The notes under the pieces were generated by a model that saw only the letters and a list, made by a program, of their open reading frames with translations, made no database searches and was not told the origin of the DNA. The translations under genes were made by a program, and so were the position numbers. A stretch of 64,000 nucleotides of DNA from Camelus dromedarius (Eukaryota): contig NC_087437.1 of the NCBI RefSeq assembly GCF_036321535.1, forward strand, positions 93,808,001-93,872,000, given 5' to 3'. Below, one piece after another: positions 27,374-38,695 of this stretch (the first letter of the stretch is position 1; every line of letters starts with the position of its first letter).

Positions 27374-27413
27374 TTTATATATATATAAAACTTTTTATAT
27401 ATATATAAAACTT
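27374..27413. repeat. Perfect 20-bp tandem duplication
   Basis: (tttatatatatataaaactt)x2; each unit contains a 16-bp palindrome. Confidence 0.95.
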
Positions 27414-27414
27414 C

Positions 27415-28995
27415 AAATCTAGAATGGAATGAAGGCATTTGTGTCTAATTTTATAGTTTGGTGGATCAGTCATTCCCACTTGGAGTGCCCATTTGATGTC
27501 CCTCAGTCAGATAATTAGTCCTTCCAAGAGCCTAGGAGCAAACTGACAACTGGTTTTCCAACAAAAAATAGTTTTTATAATAGTAAGCATGACACAAATG
27601 CAGAATTCTATGTGTTTGAACTGGACTTTCATTTGAAGGGCTTGACAGAGGCTAATAGAACATCCTTGTCAGCAACACATATGTCTGAAAATATTGGGTC
27701 ATTATATTGCATAGCACATGTTGTGGAATAACTAGCACTGAAGCTAAAACAGATGAAAAAGTACCTTTTCCTTCTCAATACACCTTTTAAAGCTGACAGC
27801 TTTACAGGTTATTCCAAATGTGATATATAGTGCCATCAAAATCCAAAAAGAGCCTCTTTTTCATGGTAGGCAGTGTGAGATTCATCAACTTGTCTCTCAC
27901 TCTAGAAGTAATATTGCAACGTACTCCAAGCCACCAGAGCCTTGGTAACTTAATTAATGTGTCAAGCTGCTGTAGTTTCCTGGGGATTATCTCTGATCCT
28001 CTGTCAGATATGTATTTTAGTAGGGGAGTTAAAAGTGTCTCCTGCTTCCTACTCTCTAGGAATTAGCATAATCTCATCAATGAAATGGACTTGCATCATT
28101 TTCTGTGGAATAGCATGTTAATCAAGGTCCTGTTGGACTGGATTGTCATAGGAAGCAGACTTGACATACACTTGAGGCAAATATATAAAGGCATTCTGTT
28201 GTCCTTTCTACATGGAAGCAAACGACTTCTGACTTTGTTTCCTAATAGTGGTAAGGAAGAAAAATAGGCTAATAACTGCATTCTGGTTTCCACAGTCTGC
28301 TTTTATTTGCTGTGGTAAATATACCACCTCTGTAACTTTAGGTATAATTGGTATCACCAAATGGAAGAGTTTTGATGATAGATTATCAAATAGATTATCA
28401 ATAAATAGACTTTCCCCCAAACCTACCTAGTTTTTGTGGTAGCAAAATCATCATGCTAAGTAAATATCTAGTAACATTGATCATTCCTGCAATTTTCAAG
28501 AATTTCATGATAGTCCTAAACTCTGCAGTCACCTCCATGGATGCAGAATTGCTTTTGTTTATTACTTTGGTTGAGGGAGGCACTTCTTTGGGTTTCTGTT
28601 TCTTCCTTCCTGCCATTTCTGGGGTCAAGGAATACATGCAAGAAATTCTGCCAGTTACTAAGTATATTTGTTTCATTATCTATTCTGTGAAAGGAAAATA
28701 ACCATCATATAAAGCTGTGGTCAGGGAATAGAAGATGAGACAGATTTAAGTCTACACTTCCTTCAAAACTTGAATTCAGTAAGTTCTCCTTTAATGGACC
28801 ATAGTAATTTTTCAGGGTACCATGAATTAGAGTCAGTCAAAAACAGTATCTTAAAGCTCTCAGAAATTTTAAATGTTTCTTGTTTCTGTGAAAAATTACT
28901 CTGGTAACTGGTTCAAAGTTCCTCTGGAATAATCCTGGAGTAATATTCATGCTGTTCTACTGTGGCTGAGATGTGTGTTCAAGGGTCAACTGCAT
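27415..28995 (-). pseudogene. pol: Decayed ERVL (class III endogenous retrovirus) pro-pol: protease, reverse transcriptase, RNase H-like region
   Basis: Minus-strand fragments match the recalled ERVL Pol collinearly: L*DTVF..LTLIHG (LLDTGSELTLIPG, ~28810-28860); TAEFRTIMKFLKIAGMI (IAEISATIKDLKDAGVV); KLFHLVIPIIPKVTEVVYLPQQI (KLNQVVTPIAAAVPDVVSLLEQI); VHFIDEIMLI at 28090-28061 (VHYIDDIMLI); LFGF*WHYISHL (LFGFWRQHIPHL); DPIFSDICVADKD (DPMVLEVSVADRD). Many stops and frameshifts. Confidence 0.92.
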
Positions 28996-29590
28996 AATGC
29001 TAATTGTGGGTCATTTGTAAATGCTCAGTCAAGTTGAGGAAACTCCCCTCTATTCCTATTTCTCTGAGAGTTTTTATCATGAAAAAGTGTTGGATTTGAC
29101 AGTTTTTTTCTGCATCAATTGACATAATCATGTGATTTTTTTTCCTTTAGCCTCTTCATAGGATGGATTATATTGATTGATTTTCAAATAATCAAAAAGA
29201 TTTGCATCTCTGGAATAAACTCAATTTAGCCATAGTATAATTATTTTTATATATTGCATATATATAAATATACATGTATATGTTTTAAATATTACATTAT
29301 TGTATTTGCTAAAGATTTTTGCATTTATGTTAAGAGATATTGGTCTATAGGTTTTTTAGGGGTTACTTTTTTAGGTTTTGGTATCAGGGTAACATTGGCT
29401 TTAAAACGTAAGGCCTCTTTCTCTTATTTTCTGTCAGCGATCATGTAGGATTGGTGTGAAGTTTTCTTTAACATTTGGTTGAATTCTCCAGAAAAACCAT
29501 ACAGGCTTGATGATTTCTTTTTGAGAGTTTTAAAATTAGGACTTTCATTTCCTTAATAGTTACAGGTTTATTCAGTTGATCTATTTGGGT
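28996..29590 (-). mobile_element. L1 ORF2 fragment (Z domain to start of RT)
   Basis: caagttgaggaaactcccctctattcctatt...tttggtatcagggtaac. Minus translation IDQLNKPVTIKEMKVLILKLSKKKSSSLYGFSGEFNQMLK resembles L1 LNRPITxxEIExVIKxLPxKKSPGPDGFTGEFYQTFK. Confidence 0.9.
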
Positions 29591-29599
29591 ATGTTCCAC

Positions 29600-29975
29600 G
29601 TTGAGTGAATCAAAGGTAAGGCTTTTGGCCAGTCCTTAAGTTAGGACCCTCCAGACAGGAAGCACACAGCCGCAGTCCTTTGCCGGTAAGGTCTGCTTCC
29701 CTCCCGGCACTGACAATGGGCACCAGGGTCGCGGGCTGCTGTCCATCAGGGGAGAGGGAGGTGGTAGGCAGGCGTTTCAAATGCCGTAGAGCTCCTACCT
29801 CCCAAAGCCGCAGCGGCTTCTTTCCTTACGCTCTCCCCTGGTGGTTGTACTTTATGACTAGAATTACAGAGTCTGCGAAAGTTGATTCTAAGAATTTTGC
29901 TAGTTTTTTAGTTGTGTCTGTGGAGGGACAGAGCCCTGGAGTTCCTGACTCCACCATTTTGAGTGATGTCCAACC
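29600..29975 (-). mobile_element. Old L1 5' UTR start (L1MB/MC-type)
   Basis: gaaagttgattctaagaattttgctagtttttt...gagccctggagttcctgactccaccattttgagtgatgtc; YY1-like AAAATGGTGG on the minus strand at 29951-29960. Confidence 0.7.
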
Positions 29976-30759
29976 GCTGCTCATTTGTGTATTCTAATTT
30001 CAACTCACATAGTGTTTTGAGCCTCATAATCCTTATTATTTATTTTCTTTTTACCACATTATCATATAAATACTTTTTTAATTTTTTAAAAAATTGTAAT
30101 TCACTCATTCACTGTTACTATCTACTTCGGGAAGTAAAACAGATTATTATAATAGAAAAACGTATTTTTGCCTCAGCTGGCAGGAATTAATGGTAATAGG
30201 CATCATATAAGCAGAATCTATAATTCAGAATAAGATAAAGTGAAACTAAAATGCTCTTGGTGACTTCATAAGCAAAACATAATTCAAAGATTGCGTGATA
30301 CGGTGCACTTAGCATATATGGATTCAGGCATTCCCATGCTTGGGCTTTCAATATTCTGTCAACTGATGTGAAATTTCCCTGAGGTAACTTCACATTAGAA
30401 AATGTATTAAAAAATTAGTACCGATTTTTCTGCAGAGTGTTACGTTTCTGTGTGCAGCAATTATATGAACTACAAAACCTATTACACTTGCAATATTGAT
30501 ACCACTGATAGAGTGTGGAAATAAAAGAAATTTGATATGAAAAAAAGCTTGTTTAATATTTATTTATTTGCTCTTCTAATAATCATTTTTATTTACTTTT
30601 GTAACATCAGCACTTATATGAATGCTAAATGTAAATTTTAAGTTTATTTACTTTCTGTAAAATACAAAACTGTAAGTAAGTTTCCTAATTAGAAGTTAAA
30701 ACCAGCATTTCTTTTGCTACTGTTGTTTTATTTTTCTAGGAAAGGAGTGTGTTATGGGC

Positions 30760-30829
30760 TAAATCTTTAGGAGGTTAAATCTTTATTGATAAAGATTTAA
30801 ATCTTTAGTAGGTTAAATCTTTATTGATA
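30760..30829. repeat. 32-bp direct duplication with fold-back inverted junction
   Basis: Copies at 30760-30791 and 30798-30829 (1 mismatch); inverted repeat ttaaatcttta (30775-30785) / taaagatttaa (30790-30800). Confidence 0.95.
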
Positions 30830-31794
30830 TTGGAACACCAAACTAAAGTTACAGTGTCCTTGTCTTGGTAACTTCAATGAAACATAAATACATACCTTCT
30901 TACTACAGCAATATATTTGAGAATAGAGTAATTATTTATAGCAAATTTCACAAAATTTTTCTTAAAATATAATACTGTATATGACATTTCCCACTATATA
31001 ACATTTTTCCTATAAAGAGTCCGATGATTTTTTTTTCTTTCTGAAAAGGAAAATAAAGTTAGATAAAACCTCATGAATTTTTCTCTCAGTGGCTTCAAAA
31101 AAGATCATCACCTCATAAACTTGGTTATTAAGATATAAAGACATACCGACTCAACACATTAATTTTTTTTCTAAGGTGTTACATCTCTCTCTTTCTGTAT
31201 TAGTTAGTTAACCATCAAATATTTGAGTGTAACTAAGGAGAACCAGGATCCATTTCACCCCTCTCTCCTTGTGTCTGTTGTTATTCTTTCTCTTTCTGTC
31301 TCTGTCTCTTTCTTATTTATTACTTCTTTCTTGCATATGATTTTATAGTTTTCAAAGACAGATTTTTGAGAACTTCTTCTTTCAAATTATCTTTAGTTCC
31401 ATAAAATTGATCGCCACTTGTGATACGTCAATACTCTGTTTAGTAATTTACTTTTTGCTAGGATTATTGTACATGACTTTTGGGTTTAAAGCTGCTAAAT
31501 GATTACAAATTGTGAGACTGCCCTGTGCTGATATGTCTTTATTTCAATAATATGAATAGATTTGTCCTCATACTCCATTTAGGGCTCTTATCATATAAGA
31601 AATTTTTTAAATAGATAACTGAACCATTTGCAAATTGAAGAGAATTAAAAATAAAGAAGGATAAAGGGAAAACACCTGTTATCATAGATTAAATATAAAA
31701 ACTCAATTTTAATAGGGACAAGAAGAAAAATAACCTATAGACCTTGGAGGAGTATAAGTTTTGGTTTATGTCTTACAGGGATTGATTAGCTATT

Positions 31795-32708
31795 GGCCAG
31801 CAAAAGAAACTCTTTTTCTGCACTACTGCACGTAGAACAGTTTGTACACCAGCCATGTGGGTTTTTTGTTTGTTTGTTTGTTTGCTTGTTTTTTCCCCAC
31901 ACCAACCAGTTCACCAATCCTCTGGCCACCAACGGAGTGACCTACAATTCAGTTCCATTCTGACGCTCTCTGTCCGAAGCCAGTGCAGAGCCCCCAGGTT
32001 AAGGGCTTAGTTGCACAAGACGTCTCCCTGCCCACTTTCAGGTACCAGTTGAAAATTCAGGTGTCACCTGTGCTTCTGACTGACTGGCCATAAATCGGAG
32101 GTTTGCATGAACTCCTCTGTTTCAACAGTTTGCTAGAACAGCTCACAGAACTCAGGAAAACAGTATCTTTACTAGATTACTGTTTAGTTGATTATAAAAG
32201 GCTACAATTCAGGAAGAGCCAAATGGAAAGGGTGCATAGGGCAAGGTATGTGGGAAGAGGAATGCCCTCTCCAGGTGTGCCACCTTCCAGCACCTCCACT
32301 TGTTCACCAACCTGGAAACTCTTCAGATCCTCTATTTTAGAGATTTTATGGAGGCTTCCTTATGTAGGCACGATTGATTAAATCACTAGCCAGTGATGAC
32401 TGAACTCAATCTCTATCCTCTCTCACCTCCCTAGAGGTGGGGGGTAAGGGTGAAAGTTCCAACCTTCTACTCACAAGGTTGGCACCCCTGGTAACTAGCC
32501 CTCATTCTGTGGTTGCCTAGGGGTTTTCCCAAAATCACCTAATCAACTTAAACTCAGGTGTGGTTGAAAGGGGTTTGTTATGATGCTCCTTATACTTTAT
32601 CACTCTCAGCTCTCATCACTTTGGATACCCAAGGATTTTAGGAGATTGTTGCCAGGAATGGGGATAAAGGCCAGATAGATATTTCTTATTATAAATCATG
32701 ATATTACA
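31795..32708 (-). mobile_element. MER21-family solo LTR
   Basis: ctacaattcagttccattctgac...gctagaacagctcacagaactcaggaaaacag...gaaagttccaacc...tttcttattataaatcatgatattaca; reverse complement of the 8642/10939 family start. Confidence 0.85.
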
Positions 32709-33134
32709 AGCCCATTTTGGTCGATCTACCATGATGATGAGAGACATCAAATAAAGGAATTCCAGTCATTATAAATCCTCCCAAACTAGCCCTTGGATGG
32801 TTAGCTGTGTAACAGTCTGTGTTTTTAATATTGTCGTTTTTCTTCCATTAACATTTCCATATTAATTAGGGATGTTATGCACCACCTCCATCTTAAGACT
32901 ATCTTACAGATGAAGTTTGATACTTATTATTGTTCAGCAAATTTCCGCTATTTCCTCTACCCTACTCCAAATGAAGAATACTTCTGTACCCCATTGTGTG
33001 AAAAAAAATCCAGGCTTTTAGAAGGAATTAGAAGCATTAATCAGTAATATTCTCTCTGATACCTAGGGTTTACTTCCTTTCATGAAGAGGAAGGGAATAA
33101 AGAGGTTTACATTAGAGTCATGATTTGGACCCAT

Positions 33135-33300
33135 GTATTGAAGTTTCTAAAAGAAAGCCTGAAAAGGGGATTCTGGTGCATGCCATTTATTAAGGGAGAG
33201 CTTTCAAGAGAAACTGATTGGGAGAAACAGGACAAGAGATAAGCAGGAACATGTTTCCAACTGGAGACTAGCTTCACCCACCACCACCACCCAGAGGCAG
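33135..33300 (-). mobile_element. Old ERVL LTR fragment (LTR16/LTR40-like)
   Basis: agcctgaaaaggggattctggtgcatgccatttattaagggagagctttcaagagaa. Confidence 0.5.
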
Positions 33301-34339
33301 CTCCTTGTTTTGTACAATAAAATATTTTGGAAATGTTTTGTAAACCAATGCCACAATTTTGTTTTTAGCAATAGGCAAAATGATGTATCCTGAGCACATA
33401 TCTGGAAATGTTAGAACATATAATATGACATTCTATTACATGAACACCTTAGATCATGAAAGAATAGGAAAAGTACTTGGGATCAAAGAATTAAAATGAG
33501 CCAAATAATTAGAGTGGTAAGCTAATGATGAAGGTATTGCTTTCCTGGAGACTTGCTAATAGCAGGAAACAAGAGGGTGAGATTTTTAAGGGCCCAAAAC
33601 AGCAGGCGATACTGCCATGGAGGAAGCTAAAAATGATACACTATCTAATGCGGAGGCCTTAGAAGGCCTAATCCTCAGTGAAGAAATGGAATTAAAAATA
33701 GAAATCAGCAGAAGTACATGACCAAGAAGTTTGTCTGTCTTTGTATGGGCTCTCAGCTGAAAGCAGAGTCTCCCCTGAAAATAAATAATTGAGGCTTATC
33801 CATGTACTGTTTGGGGATTTAAATTTACATTATTTTCAGAAGCTAGTAAGTTACAAACTGAGAATATAGCAAAAAGTTTTCCTTGGTTAAGAGTGTCCTA
33901 GAATGTCTAAAAGAAGTAAATACAACCTGCAACCCACCTCTCAAAGTTCTCAAAGAATTCTCACAGATGCTCCTTGATGATCCAGAAGTTATAAACAAAT
34001 CCCATCGGCCACCTATGCTTGTAACACATACTTATTATAGGATTTGTAGCTTTTGCCTCTCAGCGTAATAATATAACCACTACCAGATGACACTCCCTGC
34101 AAAATAAACTATAAAGCCTGGATACAAAAAGCAACTACATGAAAGAGCTTGGGAGTGAAGAGAAGCAGACTGACCCTGGTTAGAAGTATGTGCTTGTGTG
34201 AAGGAAGGGAGATGAGGTGCAATTCAAGTGTATTCTTGTCTCTGCTGGATGATGTACACAGGTGCAATGGGAGTCCTTGGGGAAAAAACTCACCTTCTGG
34301 CCTGGGAACCTGAAAATTGAAAAGTGAGATAGTTTGCAA

Positions 34340-34652
34340 ATAGCACCCTCTCTCTATCAGGATGTTTGCTCTTGGACCCACTGTTACGTAAGGAAGCCAA
34401 GCCACAAGGAGAGGCTTGTGAGTAGGTGATTCCTCCAAAAGCTAATATGTCAACTGACAGCCATCATCAGCCACCAGAAATGTGAATGAAGAAGCTTTCA
34501 GGTAATTCCAGACCCCAAGCTTCCAGCCACTCAGGTGGAGCAGAGATGATCTCTTCCCGCTGAAAACTACTCAATTTGAAGATCAGTGCTCAAAATAAAT
34601 GTTTTAAGCCACTAAGTTTGGGGATGATTTTTTACACAAGGTATAATTGAAA
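34340..34652 (+). mobile_element. MLT1 (G/H/J-type) MaLR LTR
   Basis: cagccaccagaaatgtgaatgaag...ggagcagagatg...aaaataaatgttttaagccactaagtttggggatg. Confidence 0.75.
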
Positions 34653-34659
34653 TGTTAAA

Positions 34660-35800
34660 CAAAATAGACTTGATGTCATAGTTGAAGCTGTGTAATTTCA
34701 CCAGAAAATTATAAAGTAAGGTAATCTCATATGAATTATATGTACAGCATATATTCAAAATGTATGAAAAACTGATGGAATTCGAATGTTATGTTTAAAT
34801 ACAGAACTATAGTAAAAGATTTTAACACATCTTCATTAGTTGATTCAAGTAAATTTAAAAATAACTGTTATAAATATAAAAGGCTTGATCTACAAAATTG
34901 GAAAAATGAGTAAGAGTACAGAAAAAAGTACCTAACTTCATAGATATATGTAAACTTATATCTAACAAATACAAAATACATTTTATCCTCAAGCATGTAT
35001 GAAATATTTACCAAAAATGACCATGTGCAAAGCTATAAAGTTATTCTTAGCAAGCATAAATGAATTATATGTACAGACCATAATCTCCAGCTGTAATGTA
35101 ATAATTTATAAATCACTTATAAGATAAATTTTACCAAATATTATTTTTATAAAAATTTAAAAGCAGAAATCATGATTAAAATATTTATAAGCAAAGATGA
35201 AATCATGATGCAAATTAGAACAGACTTAGAACTGAACAATAATGAAAATGCTGTATTGTTCATTTGTGAGTTACAGGTCAATAGGTACTTATAGGGAAAT
35301 ACAAGACCTCAGATACTAATCTAGGAAAGGACATTTCTAATTAAAAAAATGTTTTTCAAAAAGCTACATAACCAGCTCCAATTATTTAGAGAAAAGAATT
35401 TAATAAAAATAAGAACAAAGATTAATGAAACAAAATACTCCAAATAAGGCATCTATGTTCAGAGATAAATCTTTGATGAATATTAAAAGAAATCAAATTC
35501 TAAATGGATTTCTCAGTAATACAGTAGAGAAGGGAAAATGATATATTGAGAATGAAAAGTGAATATGATTGGAGATATAGCAGAGACTCTAATAAACGCA
35601 AATAAATGGGAATCTTTTGCCAATAACTTGAAAAATCATGAAACAGATTTTTTTAAGAAAAATGTAGACAGGAAACAAAAATATCCTAAACTTTTAAGGT
35701 AGTTGAATCAGCTGATTTTTAAATCTACTCCTGCTTACGCAAATAATAGCAAATCCAGACAGTTTTATGCACTAGTTCTGCCAGAGAAATAGGAAACTAG
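34660..35800 (+). mobile_element. L1ME ORF2 (endonuclease-to-Z region), decayed
   Basis: A-rich strand with atacattttatcctcaagcatgtatgaaatatttaccaaaaatgaccatg and ttagaactgaacaataatgaaaat. L1-like sequence probably also extends over ~33380-34300. Confidence 0.75.
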
Positions 35801-35841
35801 AAATCATTTAATATAATGACAGTTGAAATGATGTGGATATC

Positions 35842-36400
35842 TGTGAAATTTTTAACACAAAATAAATTTGAAAAGGCAGTCTCTTGAATGCAGTTTCCCA
35901 GCCCCCATTTAGTCACATATGAATGGACCTTGGGCCTGGAACATTTCCTTAGCAAGAGATAAAGAGCCCACACAGCCCGTGCTGGGTTCACTACCTTGTG
36001 TGGAAATACCTTTCCCTTTTTCGGGGTCAGTGAATGCTCTTTTGCCTCTGAAGCGTGTGTATCATACAGCACCTGGCCAACCCCAGTGTTACATCTGTCC
36101 TCCACTGGGCGTGGACTGGGTTCCACTTCTGAACAGGAGGGCTGTGGGTAGGCAAATTGCCCTGAAACGTTTTCTGTGAGAGACTCGCTGGCCATGGGGC
36201 AGCCCCACACGCTACTGAAGCTGATCCTGCTCTGTCTCTTCTAAATGTAAGCAAAACATCTTTTCATCTTTCCATTCAGTGGAAAGTTAACTACTCAACT
36301 GTGTTGTGTTTCCCTTGGTGATTCCAAACCACAGGTGCAATAGGGAGATGTGTTCAGAGTCTTCCCCGGAGATGGACAACTGGGGTCCTACCCTGCTTGA
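35842..36400 (+). mobile_element. MER74/MER54-group ERVL solo LTR
   Basis: gtcacatatgaatggaccttgggcctggaacatttcc...gagataaagagcccacacagcccgtgctggg...cagcacctggccaacccc...ctgcttgaca (TG...CA ends). Confidence 0.75.
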
Positions 36401-37599
36401 CAAATAGAGCTCCATGTATAAAACATAAGAATATTTTTTATGAATCTAACATTGTGGCATTCTTATTCCCCCTTAACTGGTCTTACTTTCAAAAATTTCA
36501 CAACTGGATGTGTTTTAACCCTTGAGTAGTGCTCAAAAATTATAGGCTTCCACGGCCACTTGTAAACTAAACACATTTAGACTACACAATGTCACAAGCT
36601 AAATCTTTTCATTTATATCTGGTCTTGTAACTCTGGACTTCAGCTTCACTTTTTATGGTGTACACATTATATTCTATATATAAGCTACACATATTTAAAG
36701 AGTAAAGCTTTCTGCCATTTCACACAAGGACAAGTTGTAGACGAACTAATATTCCTTTCACGCTGCAGGAGAATTGGACCTAACATCTGTAGTAAATATA
36801 AAACTGGTTGCCAGAGGGAAGAGATCTAAATCTTTTCAATGTGCTGATTATGTATTGTTGGCCTGGCACTTTTCCCAAATGTAAGAAAACAACTGTTATG
36901 TGTGTTTATATTTTCAATGAAAATGTGACTTTGGACATTCATGAATTCAATATGGCCACTCAGTATTAAAACACTGCTTTAATTTTGTTTTGTTGTTAAG
37001 TTGTAGTCCAGACTATGTGAGAGGTTATTTCTTTTCTTTGGTTGGTTAGGTTTTCTTTTGGAACTAATAGAAGTAAATATATCATCCTTCTAACATTTTC
37101 ATGGGCATGAAGGAAACGACACCCTACGATGTTGGCTGTATATACATAAAAAAGTTATTCTCATAGATCAAACTGAATGACCAGCAGGGGCTTAAATCGG
37201 CCAAAACACAATAAGGAAAATTACCAATGAGTATTTGGGAAGAAAAGTTTACTAATATATTTCTCTGTATCATTTGACTGCAAATGAAATGGTGGTTATT
37301 TTCATCACGGCTGATGTAGTGGCCTTTTTCTTACTAGATTTTTTCACAGAATATTCTTACTACTCTCCCTTTTCTCATGTTCCTTTACAAATGAAATCAT
37401 TGCTTTAGGAAATAATTGGCTTGATATAACTGTATCTAGTATAGTTAATTTTCTTTTCATGCATACGAGGTCGTATGCGCAGAATACTGTGTGGTTCCTG
37501 AATCCCATTGTGCACTCATGCTCATAAAAACCATAATATCCCTTGAAATCATGCTGAGGGAATTCCTTTTTGACTCAGGAAAACACTGTTACTTCTAAA

Positions 37600-37857
37600 C
37601 TAAACGGAAAGTCCAGGTGATGAGTTTATCAGGCTTTTGAGACCTGTTAAACACGTTGTGTTGGCGATAACTTTAAGATCATTCATACTGACTCCACTAT
37701 CCCTGGGCAACTTCAGTAACTTTAGTTGCGGGTTTGCAGATAGCTTGGTGGGATCCACTATATAATAGTTCTGTGCATGTGATACGATTATTACTTCATA
37801 CTTAAACCCCAGCAGGGAATGATTTGGATTTCTCATGGCTCTTTTTAGTGTAGCTTC
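37600..37857 (-). other. Candidate terminal exon, 85 codons plus stop (unverified)
   Basis: Strong minus-strand acceptor (ttctgatgttttttcatttcctctcacag|GAAGCT) followed by the open frame EATLKRAM...SPGLSV* in repeat-free DNA. No homology recognised. Confidence 0.22.
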
Positions 37858-38604
37858 CTGTGAGAGGAAATGAAAAAACATCAGAAGTGTATGTTGACAT
37901 TTGTATTTGTGTATGGCTGTTTAAATTACATTTAAAGCAACAAAACCCCAATGCATTATGTCAAGATGTAGTTTGAAGAAATAAGAATTTTCAGTAGAAA
38001 ATACCAGAAATGTTTACAAGTCAATTGAAAAAAACTATGTAAGTTGTTCATGAACTTTTTCAAGTGTTTGAGTTAATTAAATATTTGCAAAGGCATTTTC
38101 AGTATTAGGTTTATTTATTTGTATTTTTCATTTACATAATATGCAAAACTACACCATTTTTGAGTCCTCATCATGCAAAAAGTTGAGTTAATTTCTGCAC
38201 AGTTCTTATATATGAGTATATAAATCTTTGGTATGATATTATTGAATATTTATGCAAGTATCTATCACTCAGAATTCTGATCATCCAATTTGAAAAATGA
38301 ACTTGTCTTTGAATAAAAAAATAGGAATTTCTCAGATTTAAAAATATTTTCATGAAGAAAAGAAACATTATGATTTAGTATTGTTTTTCAGTTATGGCAC
38401 AACATATTCAAAAGAAGGATTGGGAGAAACTGTACAGTTTATTAGCAAAACATTATTCAATATAAAAATAACTCTTTGCAACCTGCATTTCTCTAGACTT
38501 GACTTTTGTTCAAGTTTATACTTTGAGGTTCCACATTTGCTACAAACTCTCAGAAATGATGGATATCATATAGTAGTGTGATTTAAAAGAAAATTAAAAA
38601 TATG

Positions 38605-38695
38605 AAATTAATTTGTAGAAGATGCAAATAAACTGGAACTCTCTTACATTGCTTGTGGAATTGTAAACTAGTGCAACCACTGTAAAAACTTAAAC
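38605..38695 (+). mobile_element. Short L1M 3' ORF2 fragment
   Basis: aactggaactctcttacattgcttgtggaattgtaaactagtgcaaccact. Confidence 0.65.

Noticed and set aside
27830..28701. Cluster of overlapping ORFs as an intact or domesticated RT system
   Set aside because: Pol homology hops between frames with many stops, and the catalytic YIDD is altered to FIDE.
30760..30829. CRISPR-like repeat array
   Set aside because: Eukaryotic DNA, only two units and no unique spacers.
35797..36254. Overlapping ORFs of 75-137 aa
   Set aside because: Inside a GC-richer LTR, where stop codons are naturally rarer.
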